Shown here piece after piece: positions 38,082 through 49,300 of a stretch of DNA of 64,000 nucleotides (the stretch's first letter is position 1; the number at the start of each line of letters is the position of its first letter). A model generated the notes under the pieces. That model saw only the letters and a list, made by a program, of their open reading frames with translations, was not told where the DNA came from and did no database searches. The DNA comes from Gordius albopunctatus (Eukaryota): positions 16,120,001-16,184,000 of the forward strand of contig OZ193909.1 of assembly GCA_964276515.1 (NCBI GenBank), read 5' to 3'. A program made the position numbers and the translations under genes.

Positions 38082-39077
38082 CTAGATGAACCCGGCAAAC
38101 GTTGTTTTGCCATTTACCCGGGTGTATTACCAGAATATATATCATCTTATAGATAAATTTCAATAGATTAAGAATATATCAAATATAATTGATAAGTGTT
38201 TATTATGCAAAAATTTTTAAACAAATAGTTAAAGAGGGTCCAAGGCCCAGGCCCACCCAAGAAAGAAAACCTGGCCCCATGCCCCCCCCAAGGGAAAAAT
38301 CTTTGGCCCCCTGACCCTTCAAGCAATTTTTTGTAATTAAGAAACATTATCATAATTATTTGTTTCTGAATAAAACTTTTAATTCTGAACCTAATAATGT
38401 CCGAATTTATTGGCACTTTGTTAAAAGTATTTTCATTTTTCTCCTGATTTAACCCGCAAACAATGAGAAAATTAGATTTTTTAAATTTATTTAGCCACAC
38501 AGGAGGGGACACGACCGTCCTATTAATAATAATTGACGTGAAAAATAAGCAAAAAAAATGACTTTGATTTAATGTTTAAAATCGTAAAAAGTTTACATTT
38601 CTGCATTTATCACACTACCTACACGATAGATACGCAGTACGTCATGAGGTTGCGTTTGATTGACGTTTTATTAAATGGCAAAACATATAAAACGAACTCA
38701 AAAACTACTGGACCGATTTGGCTCAAACATATCTTAAAACATGCTCCGGAGTGTGGGGAATAAACTGTGAAATTTTGAGCCAAATCGGTCTGGTAGTTCT
38801 CCAAAATTGGTGGCGGCATACATACACACCACACATACATACACATTTCAAAACTCCTTTATATACTCGTGAATTAATTGAATAAAGCAATTAAGTTTAG
38901 TGGTGCCTCCGCGAGGTATAAATAAATCAATTACATTTAGTAGTGAATCTGCGAGGTATGCTTGATTGGTCAATTAACGTCGCGAAGTAGTAAGGTAATG
39001 TAAATGTGTCGATTAAGTTCCAAATAAATTAAGACAATGGACGCAACGCACACATAGTTTCATTTTTATATATAAGA
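38082..39077 (-). mobile_element. Non-autonomous Helitron
   Basis: Minus strand A|TCTTATATATA ... GGCAAA-ACAACG-TTTGCC hairpin, then GGGTTCAT-CTAG|T. Internal (CATA/CA) microsatellite and an internal inverted pair at 38702-38727 / 38775-38800. Confidence 0.75.
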
Positions 39078-39192
39078 TTTGTCCTAAACCTCCTTAATAT
39101 ATAGCGCGCTATCTTTTAAAATTTATCCCAAAATCTTATCATTAATTAATTTTTAAGTCCCACCTTTTGTTATTTGCTCATATATAGCCTTT

Positions 39193-39316
39193 CATGGGCG
39201 TAGCCAGGTCTTAGATTAGGGTAGGGGCGAAAGTTTTTTAAGTTCAATTAGGGAGGGGGGGGGCAAAACACAATTTTTAAATGTTTTTGTATTGGAAATA
39301 GGGGGTTACGCCCATG
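39193..39316. mobile_element. Short hAT-type MITE
   Basis: CATGGGCGTAGCC...GGTTACGCCCATG, 8-bp TSD tagccttt / taaccttt. Confidence 0.75.
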
Positions 39317-39905
39317 TAACCTTTAATAAAAAACCTGCGAAATTCTATTATTTATGTCTTAGCTTTTAATATAAATGTTACATAGTTACAATTTTAGAAT
39401 CTTAAATTAGCTCGCTTTATATTCTTTTTAAACCTTTATAGCTAGAATAAAATTGTTTTTTTGTAAACGATGTATTTGCTGTCAATCATAAAAAAATTTG
39501 TGGTAGAGAAAGTAACGTGTCCACAACTTTCCCCACCTATCTCCCCGAGTTTTATGCTTTATCTATAGACTAGATAGACTGCTCATGCCATATGGGAAAT
39601 TGTTTGTCAAATTTCCTCCATCCTGAAGACTACAACTGATATATTTCAATTCAACCATGTCACTTGTCTATAACAGTCGATTTGCCTTCCTCACTAGTTT
39701 ATAAATTTTAATAAAAGTAACTTAATTAATATTTTACAAATTATAGATGGGGCTATATTATTAAACAAACTTTCATCACAGTTTTTAATTTTTATTAAAT
39801 TGTGTAGATAATATTTATTTTAGAATGCTGTTTTTGATATCTACCCAATTCAATATTTTTTATTTACCTTTTTAAGATTATTTAATTTACAAATATTACT
39901 AATAT

Positions 39906-41540
39906 TGTAGAGAGGTAAAGTGCCTCCAGGAATACGATAGTCACCTGCGTGTTGATGTTATTTACACGCGCGTTGGCGATCAAATTAGCGTTAATTGGTT
40001 GTAACATATAAAGGCGTAGGATATATACGCCAGGAGACCCGTGTATGCGTTTGGCGGCGAGGGGATAAAGATTATCGGGGACGTAACAGCCGAGGTCGGC
40101 TGGTTCCCAACCGAAAGCGCCTGTCGATGCTGGTGGCGGATGTGAAGGGACCGCCGTTACTCGGGACGAACTGGATTAAAGAGTTCGGAAAGGACGCATG
40201 GGAACTAGCCCGATGGAGTTCGCGAGCCGTCATGGAGCAATACGTTGTGAATTTCGTCGAGGAGAATGTCCCGAAAGAGCCGAGACCTAGCGATCCCGTT
40301 AGTATCGGGATGCAAAATAGTCAAATGCCTCCCTTCGGTGGGGGCCCAATGGGTAGGCCACCCGGTAGCTGGATTTTTCCACACGTCTTAATGCCGGGCC
40401 CTGTTTTCTCCCCCGACCAACAGCAATTCGGTTCGATGGGTCAGTTGCCACAACAACCAAACAGCGTAGCACCGCCGCAAGGGGTTTCTAGGGATCCTGG
40501 CTCCTCGTCTCAGCAAAAATCTGTAATCCCACTCAACCCCAATAAGCCTCGCTCTAGGAACGCGAAATCGGACCAAGATCAAGGTCGATCCATGGCTGCC
40601 ATCAAGGGTAAGGATGACGCAGTCATTGTTGTGGCGAGACGACCAAGCAAGCATGCGTTCCAAGTTACCGAAGAGGTACTAGAGGATACCGCGAACGCGT
40701 CCATCGCACGGAACGTTATACGACAGTACACCGCCAGCGATGGGACTTTACGGCAGCGCTGGGAGTGGATTAGGGGTACGCGCGGTACAACAGTAGTAGT
40801 CGGTCCAAGGCTACGCTACAAAAAGTACCTACCTAAGCTGCACGAGTCAAGGGAAGTATCAAGAGAACCTAGCGCCCCCCAGTGGAGAGATGCAAGAAGG
40901 GCGCAAGGGTTCGACGTCGGAGACCCAGGGTGGGTGCTTATGTTTCTGGAGCCCGATAAATGGGTGGAGGGCACCATTATTTCCAAGCGCGGGACGCGCT
41001 CGTTCGACGTTAAGGCCCTAGGGAGAAGCCACCATCGACATTTAGAGCAAGTCAGACGAAGGAAAATATTGGACTGGAGAATGGGCGGACACGAAAATGG
41101 TTGCCCGCACCGGGATACACTCGCGAACGGGTCAGGTGATGCGAGCCCTTACCAACGGCGTTTAGTCAGGGTCCCCTGCCAACGGTTCCGAATGACAATG
41201 CCGCTAGAGGAGCGGGGTAACATAGTGTTGCTCCCATGGATCCGGAGCTTAACGACGCCCCGCCTGATGTTAGATACCCACGCCGGGTACGACAGGCCCT
41301 AAGCTACCTAAGGCCTTATCTTTGTGAAAAGGGGGGAACTGCTGAGAGGTAAAGTGCCTCCAGGGATACGATAGTTACCTGCGTGTTGATGTTATTTACA
41401 CGCGCGTTGGCGATCAAATTAGCTTTAATTGGTTGTAACATATAAAGGCGTTGGATATATACGCCAGGAGACTTGTTTTGTCGTCGTGGTTTTGTATCAC
41501 ACTCCTAATAGTTTACGTGAATAAATATCAGCCCTTAACA
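39906..41540 (+). mobile_element. Non-autonomous LTR retroelement sharing LTRs with the 1868-5935 Gypsy
   Basis: Partial 5' LTR 39906-40038, 3' LTR 41340-41540, PPT AAAAGGGGGGAAC, 5-bp TSD AATAT. The 3' part of the 5' LTR, the PBS and gag are deleted. Confidence 0.92.
40127..41302 (+). CDS. Chimeric ORF: protease C-terminus + P/Q/G-rich insert + RH-IN linker + integrase C-terminal domain
   Basis: Frame open from 39995; first ATG at 40127. LVADVKGPPLLGTNWIKEF, RRPSKHAFQVTEE, YKKYLPKLHES and FDVGDPGWVLMFLEPDKWVEGTI align to the Gypsy pol; RT, RH and IN core are absent. Confidence 0.55.
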   Translation: MLVADVKGPPLLGTNWIKEFGKDAWELARWSSRAVMEQYVVNFVEENVPKEPRPSDPVSIGMQNSQMPPFGGGPMGRPPGSWIFPHVLMPGPVFSPDQQQFGSMGQLPQQPNSVAPPQGVSRDPGSSSQQKSVIPLNPNKPRSRNAKSDQDQGRSMAAIKGKDDAVIVVARRPSKHAFQVTEEVLEDTANASIARNVIRQYTASDGTLRQRWEWIRGTRGTTVVVGPRLRYKKYLPKLHESREVSREPSAPQWRDARRAQGFDVGDPGWVLMFLEPDKWVEGTIISKRGTRSFDVKALGRSHHRHLEQVRRRKILDWRMGGHENGCPHRDTLANGSGDASPYQRRLVRVPCQRFRMTMPLEERGNIVLLPWIRSLTTPRLMLDTHAGYDRP

Positions 41541-41812
41541 AATATCTATATAAACACTACTTTACAATGTTATCATTAAAATGGTGGGAAAAAAGTACAC
41601 ATTGTGTGCCTTGATGAGCCGTCTATCTAGTTTATGGTTTCATCTAATATTAGCATGCATTAAATATTCTTTAATTAGTGTGAATTTTCTATTTTTGCAT
41701 CCGATTTCATAACTAGGGTTAGGAGGGTCACGAATGGTTAATTTTGTTAAATATTTTCTATCTCAAAGTCGAATTGTATTATAAATTATATGTATTAAGC
41801 AACAGGCTACCC

Positions 41813-42611
41813 ATGGGCAATGCTTTATCCGAAATAGAATTAAAAAATGCAAACATATATATAAATAAATCATCCTATTCAACTCATAAACACGATGAAT
41901 ATCATTCATCAACATCTTCTAATTCGCAATGTCCAGTAGACCATCGGGTGCTCAATTATTCGGAATGTCCGGCAAAACTTGTGTCTAAAGAATCGCTTGA
42001 TATGAGAAACATGATGCCTCCAGCTAATCAATCGCCTTCTCCAGATCAACCATTTCCTCTTTCGACTAAACGTGAATTATCGAATATTCCAAAATTTGGT
42101 ACTTCTTCAACATGGGAGTATCCTTCACCTCAAATGTTTTGGAATGCAATGTTACGCAAAGGATGGAAATGGCGTGGAGCTGATGTAGATGATAAGGATA
42201 TGGAAACCATTATTAAAATTCACAATCATAACAACGAGTTAGCTTGGCAAGAAGTGTTAAAATGGGAAGCACTTCATGCCAAAGAAGGTGAAGAAATGCC
42301 TAAGCTTAAGAGCTTTTCAGGAGATTCTACAAAATATTCCCCAAGGTAATAAAATTTTTCATTTTTGCTAAATTATCATTTTTAGAGCTCGGTTCAGACA
42401 CTTTTTAGGCTATGAGCTTCCATTTGATCGACATGATTGGATTGTTGATCGTAATGGAAAAGAAGTTAGATATGTCATTGATTACTATGATAGTGGCAAT
42501 ATTAATAAAAATACTGGTGAATTTACTACTATTGATGTGAGACCAGCATTTGACTCAGTTGAAGCTATGTGGGATCGTATGAGGGTAACGTGGTTAAGAT
42601 GGCGAACTTAA
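41813..42611 (+). CDS. HCCS: Holocytochrome c synthase (cytochrome c heme lyase)
   Basis: Exons 41813-42345 and 42386-42611 (40-nt intron). CP motifs (QCPVDH, ECPA), [55 protein letters not shown]. Confidence 0.96.
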
Positions 42612-43318
42612 TTATATAAAATTAGTATTCCCAAATGATTTATAAATTTTTATATTGACTGAAAAGAATGTGGTTAATAAAGTGACATGTTGATTTGAGT
42701 TTTTATAATAAAAAATTTCTATTTTTGAATCCAATATCTACAAAATTGTCACATCATGTGTAGTGTTTTATAATTGAGAATTAAATTGTATAAATATTTT
42801 TATTATCCAACACTTCACAAAATTACTGCGTTTCTATTATTTTTGGTGACTTAAGAGATATTTGATAAACTAAGTGTTCTTTTTAAAATTATATGGACTC
42901 ATTTTAAATAATGACCAATAAATTGTGTTTTTTAACAAATAACAAATGGGAATTAATCCAGTACTTATAATGAATGTGCATTAAATAAAATTATTATTGT
43001 TATTTACCAATGATTTAGAAGAGCTTCACATTAAGATTAATTAAAACAAGATCTACAAAATTAAATGAAATTCATTTATTCAAAATAATAAATTTCACAG
43101 ATGACATATAAAAATTATAAATAATCTTAAATAGTTATAATATTCTATATAAATGTCTACGTATATATGTGCACTATAGCATAGTGTAGGGGTCCATTTT
43201 CATTGTATAAAATATGATACCATTATAAATAGTCTTTATATTAGTCAAATCTTTAAAAATCGCTTCTATCACAATTTCTATATATCTAAATACATGAGAG
43301 GTATTGCAAAAAAAATTC

Positions 43319-46300
43319 TCAATTAAAATAACCTAAAATGTTTATGTAAGGGTAAACGTATCGTTCGATGAATTTGAAAGTGTTGTTTAGCAGGGAAATC
43401 CAAAGGGATTTGGTAAAAGCGCCCCTTCGCAAGTTGTAATCTGTCATAACCAGGCTACGGTATGGAAGGTAAATGGGTTCTTTGACAAAATCCAAGCCTA
43501 GTTGTGCAAATGTGCAGGGGAAGGGTTTGAGTTCGAAAATCACTATGACATTGTTTTGGGGGAAGGGTTTGATGTAAATGCCCGGAACGTACATGGTCGT
43601 TAAGGGACCTTTAGTGGCCCAATACCGACCTAGGTTGATGCCGTTCAGAAGGACTTGACCCTGTTTAATGATAAAAAGATCGTTATTTATTGCAAATTCA
43701 AAGTAGATTTAAAATATAAATATCACCTTGTAGGATGTATTTTTATAAATATTAAGCGAGCGACCCATAATTTAGTTCTAAAAGTTGTAAATACAACAAC
43801 GGTTAAATATAAAACCTCTTTTAGCCCTAAATTTTAAACGGGTTAAATTTATTTAACGCCTATAAACGGCAACGAATGCTATATATATATCTAAAATTTC
43901 GAGATTTAAAATATTTCTTTTAGCAATTTTTTTTAAAATTATAATTAAAGTTTGTAACAATCAATGCACAAATTGGACAAAAGTAGTAATATTTTTTTCG
44001 AATATGGAAATTAATAAAATGCCGAAAGTCGACGTGATACATCTAATAAAAATGAATGTCCATTTTAGAAATCCAGATGCTCCTCTCAATTCATCGCTCT
44101 TTAGTGAATCGCCTCTGACTATAAGATACTTGTTAAAAGGGCAATACCAAACCAAATTTTTTATATTCAAAAAATATGCCCCAAGCACCAGCGAATTTGA
44201 AATCCGCTGTAGCAGCCATTAATTAATAAAAATAAATAAAATTAAAAAGCCGGAAAAAACTTAGAAGCGCCATTACAAATGATATCTTAGGCATTGAACT
44301 TAAAGTTTTACCTTGGTTTAGAGAACTGCAAAGTCATTTTTTTCACCCCGAACCCGACCCGGAAGCATTTTAAAATTTTCAACCCGACTCGGCCCGAAAG
44401 TGTTAAAAATTTATAACCGAATCCCTTCCGAACGTGTTTCAAATTTTGCTATCCAACGCGAGAAGTAAAAAAAATTGCGGTGTGCATGGGCGCAGGGAGG
44501 GAGGGGCGGCTGTCCCCCTCTAAATTTAAAAAATCTTAGATATTTTATCAGAGTATGGCTAAAATTAAATTATGGTCATTTTGCTCCTGCCTTAATCATT
44601 ATTGCCCCCTCTAATTTCAATTTTCCGGCTACTCCCGTGTGAGGGTGTTTACAATTTAATCAACAAATTAAAGTGCGATTTATGAAACCAATCAATTCCA
44701 CAGATTTTGATTACTAAATTTATTTTCATGATTTATTATAGATATATATATATCAGGTCACATTCAATTTGAAATATAGAGTTTGGCGAATGAATCATCA
44801 TTTAATAAATTTAAAAATAATCTTATCTGTTTTATGAATATATATTTATGTAGTTTAAATTAATAATGAACTACCACTTCTCACACTATTTCAATACAAT
44901 TTAAAAATATTATTTTGTTGATATATATTACCTTCCACGAGTCAAATTTAAATTTGCGTTCAAATTAAAACAATCAGATTTAAAAAAAAACAAAATGAAT
45001 TTAAATTAACTTGAATGATCTTCAATTATAAATTTAGATATAAATTAAAAAATATTATACATAATAGCATTATTTTTAAAGATATGTCCTGTGCATTCTG
45101 CAATCTTAGATTCATAACCCTTGACCCGACACTTTAAATCCAAACCCACCCGACCCGAAAGCAAATTAAAATTTTCAACCCGAATCGGGTCACCCGTGCT
45201 GTTCTTTACCTTGGTCCACGGTCCCAAGTTGAGGTAGGTATCGTTGGGAGATGGCCCATACTTTTTGCCAATCTTGAAATGGCCCACGAAAAAAGTGGGC
45301 ATACAATTATCATTGTCGTCGTCATTGACCTCCGCTATGGGACTGGGCAACTTTGTCGAGGGTGGCTTGAGGGTAAAAAATGCTTAAAGCGACTCAAATA
45401 ACTCATTTATGTAAAGCACTGGTCAATAGGATAATTCATTTTAATTTATTAGAGGCCTGAGAAAAAATTTTTGGTCCTTAAATCAAAGTTTGTCCGGCTA
45501 ACAAGCCATTTCTCATGTAGCCAGCGATATTTAAAATAGCATATTTTTTGATCGAAATAATTTTTTTATCCGGGTGGCGCCAAGCAACTTCAATAAAATC
45601 TCAAGTCAGACAATGTAAAGGTTTTTATGTGGTGCACGAATCGAAAGGAATTAAGAATTTATTAATCATATTTGCAATTCATGATAGGCACTTGAGATTA
45701 TTATTTTTTATGGTTATTAGGTAAAAATTTTTAGATAATTTTAAAAATTAAAGCTTATTTTCTTAAAAGTTTAGTTCAAAAACAACAAAAATTAATATTA
45801 GAAGATATGTAGTATATTTGGTCAAAATGCATGTATGCGCACTTAAAATTAAAATACCTCTTAAACGCTCATTTAATATTAGCTCTAGCAATATTGATTG
45901 CTCCGCAATTTGTGGGTTAAATTAAAGTGTCCAATTTTAATCGACCAAAAATTAAATTATCAAGCCTGCAAAGGAACGAATTGTTTTTAATCGTAGACAC
46001 ATATAAAAGCATTGAGAATTATAATTAATATTAAAAAAAATCCTGCATAGGCTAAGTGAAGCCAAGTGCAAATGAATAGAAATCCTAAAGATTTTTCCGA
46101 CTCTTGGCTCGTTTAATGATCCAGATCTTTGTTAACCAATCTTGGTTTTATGTTTATATATATGTAATTAATACAAAATAATTATTAATTTAAAAATATT
46201 TAAAGGACTCACTTCGCTAGTTTGCTTCAAAGTCTGGACTGGGCTAGTGTCATTGGCTAAAATAGCTGCGATTTTGTCCAAATCGATCGGAAACACTGTC

Positions 46301-49300
46301 CAATCCTTCAAGATGGTTCCGTTGAGATAAACCGTTCCCGTTCCTTTGGTATCGTTCATATTAGAACCGTAACATATGCGGCCCTGATTCTCTACCAAAA
46401 TATCCAAATGCGAACCCTCGTACATGGTTTCGTTGAATTCCAGCTTATACACCCTAGCCATCCGGCTCAGCAAACCCTTGAACTCCTTGAAGTATCGAAA
46501 CAGACTTCGTTATAACCATAAAATTTGCAAATAAAGCAAAATTAAAACAAATCACGAAGCCAAATTTAAAATGTTGGCGATTAAATATATAAAAACCAAC
46601 CGTATAGAACGTTTACAAATGTTCAAAAATTGCAGATGGAGCACTCCAAATTCTTAAGTAGCGAATTGGTAAGCCTGCACGCGAAATATTTTTAACCCAG
46701 ACTTGAGGTGAAATTTAGTAATATTCAATATAATATTAACATTGCAGCCTTTTAAAAGATGGATTTACGTTTTAAAAATATAAGTTTACCACTTTTATCC
46801 AATCCAAACCTAATTAGAGGCCTATACGGTGACCCCCCCCTAGAGCACTGCACGGGCCGTCCGAGGCCCGACCTGACGGGCTTTCGGGCCGGGTTCGGGC
46901 AAATTTTAAAACATTGATCGGGAATGATGGGCCAACCCGATGCGTGGCCCGAGCCCGAAAAAAAATTTCAATAAATATTAATCCAAAATATAATTACAAT
47001 ACAAAATAATCCCCCTACAAATAAATATTTAGAATTTTACTAGCCCCCATATATTAATTTGTTTGATTTTAAGTTTTTGATTTAGACGCGTTGCGTGTTT
47101 TTAAACCATAATACAACCAATATAATAATATATTGGCTGTTTTGCAATCACGGGGTGATTCGGCAATTATAGAGAATATCGATATAGAAATAGTTAAAAG
47201 CCTAATAAATTTTCTGAAGCCATTTAAAACGGCTAGTGATGAATTGGAGGCTGATGCAAAGCCGACCATTAACATGGTACTCTTATGCTATTACAGACTA
47301 ATCGAATGTTTGAAAAAACCCTTTTTTAGGGAAGAGTTTAACACTTTGGCCAAAAAGGCCCTTTCGTTTTTAAATTCAAAATTTGAACTTTATATTATTC
47401 ATAAATTATCCGCATTATTAAATCCAAAGTATCGAAATTTAATAATGCTGCCTCGCTATGAATTTCATCATATACGAAGTTTAATAATTATGGAGAAAAG
47501 GATTAAGGCTAATCCTCCGGTTAATACAGTTACGCCTAGTATAGCCGTCGAGCATGGTAATTTTTTAATTTGCATTAAGCACTTATTATTTTTCTAGATA
47601 ATATAATGGAGGAAGAATTTTTAGATTTTAGTAGTTGGGAAGAGCCCAGAATAGATAACGAAGCTGAGGAAGATGAATTACATAAATATTTAAATACGAA
47701 TTCTATTGATGGTATGGAAGTTTTGGAATGGTGGAAGATGCATCAGAGTGAATTTCCTTGTTTGAGCAATTTGGCTAGAAAGTATTTGGCAATACCTGCT
47801 ACATCAGCTAGCAGTGAGCGAGCCTTTTCTACAGCTGGGCGAGCTTACGAAGAGAGAAGGACTTCGTTAAAACCCGATAAATTAGACTCCATTTTATTTA
47901 TTTACCATAATTATTCATATTTTAAATCACATAATATTCGCGATACGTAATATATTTATAAATAAATTTTTGAAATAAAATTGGTACAAATTTACATTTT
48001 TACAAAAGTCGGGCCGGGCTCGGGTCGGGCCTGAGTGAAAAAAACAAATCAGGCTCGGGTCGGGCTCGGGCAAAAAATAAAAAAAGACTGAATACGTTAA
48101 TTCGAAGAGGTGTGGTAGCAAATAAATTATCACAAATAGGTTTACAAACTTAGATGGCCATCAGGTCTCTCTAGGCAGCAATCAAGCATGCCCAGCAAGT
48201 GAAAACAAACATGTCCCTTAAGAGTTATCGTGTATTTTAGGTCGCTTTACTTTAAAGGTACATTTTGTAACTTATAATACATGCCAATTTTAATTGGGGT
48301 CAACTTTGATGCAACAAAAAACCTAAGGTTTAAAGAATTTTGTACACAAAATATTTGTTATTATAATAATAATGTAGGATTTTTATAACACGTAAAAAGA
48401 AGGAAACGCAGTGGAATAGGTATTAATATGAAAACAATTGATTTCAAAATCAGATCAGATATGATAACCCTTAAGCTAACACCGAAAGCGAGCCCATAAA
48501 TTGCATGGTAATTAATAAAAAAAACTGATTCAATACTTTAAACTCGACTACTATATATAGGAAAGTTAGAAAGAGGGGCATAGGGGGTTCAAATTACCCC
48601 GTCGAAAAAGATATGGGCCCGATCTCTAAGCTCGGGTAGTTCCAGGATAAATGGTATGGGCAAATTCGGTTCGGTCTCATTCGTTGGGGCCGTCCATATG
48701 TGGCGGTAAAAAACGAAGCCTCCAGCCTGATCCACTTCCTCAAAGGTCGGGCTGTGATCAAACTTACGTCCGGCATTGGGATTGTAACGCTTATTTTTCA
48801 TGAGTTCCATAATGTCCATGCTTTGAAACATGGTCAGCGTTCCATAGGCTATTTTTCCTTGCCTGGGGTGCGTGGGCACGGTTCCGTGGGGTAGCTGTCG
48901 ATACTTTGAAATAACGGGGAGAAAATGTAGTTACCATATATGGGCGGAGTGGAATTTTAAATGAATAATTTTATGTGAAATCAACCATATGAAAGATAAC
49001 CTATTTCACATGTAACAAACATAAAATTTACTTATCTATTAAGCGTGTCTAATTTTGGTTATACAATTTACTTAAAATTAAAAAAATCACCTATCGTTAT
49101 AGCAGGTCTAATTTTAGTTATAAATGTAAATATTTGTATTCCTAAAAAACTAAGCTAAAATCTAAAATGTCTAACCTATTGCTCGCATACTCGAAAACTG
49201 CTCAAGCTATGGACGCGCATTAAATATGATGAATTTTATTAATAAAAATGTATACTATAACATCAAAATATTAAGTATTAACATTAATTTATAATTTTAA

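Noticed and set aside
45215..45232. ACGGTCCCAAGT twister-like 12-mer
   Set aside because: Lies antisense within a GLB1 coding exon (LGPWT) and lacks P2, the P4 partner and GAGGG.
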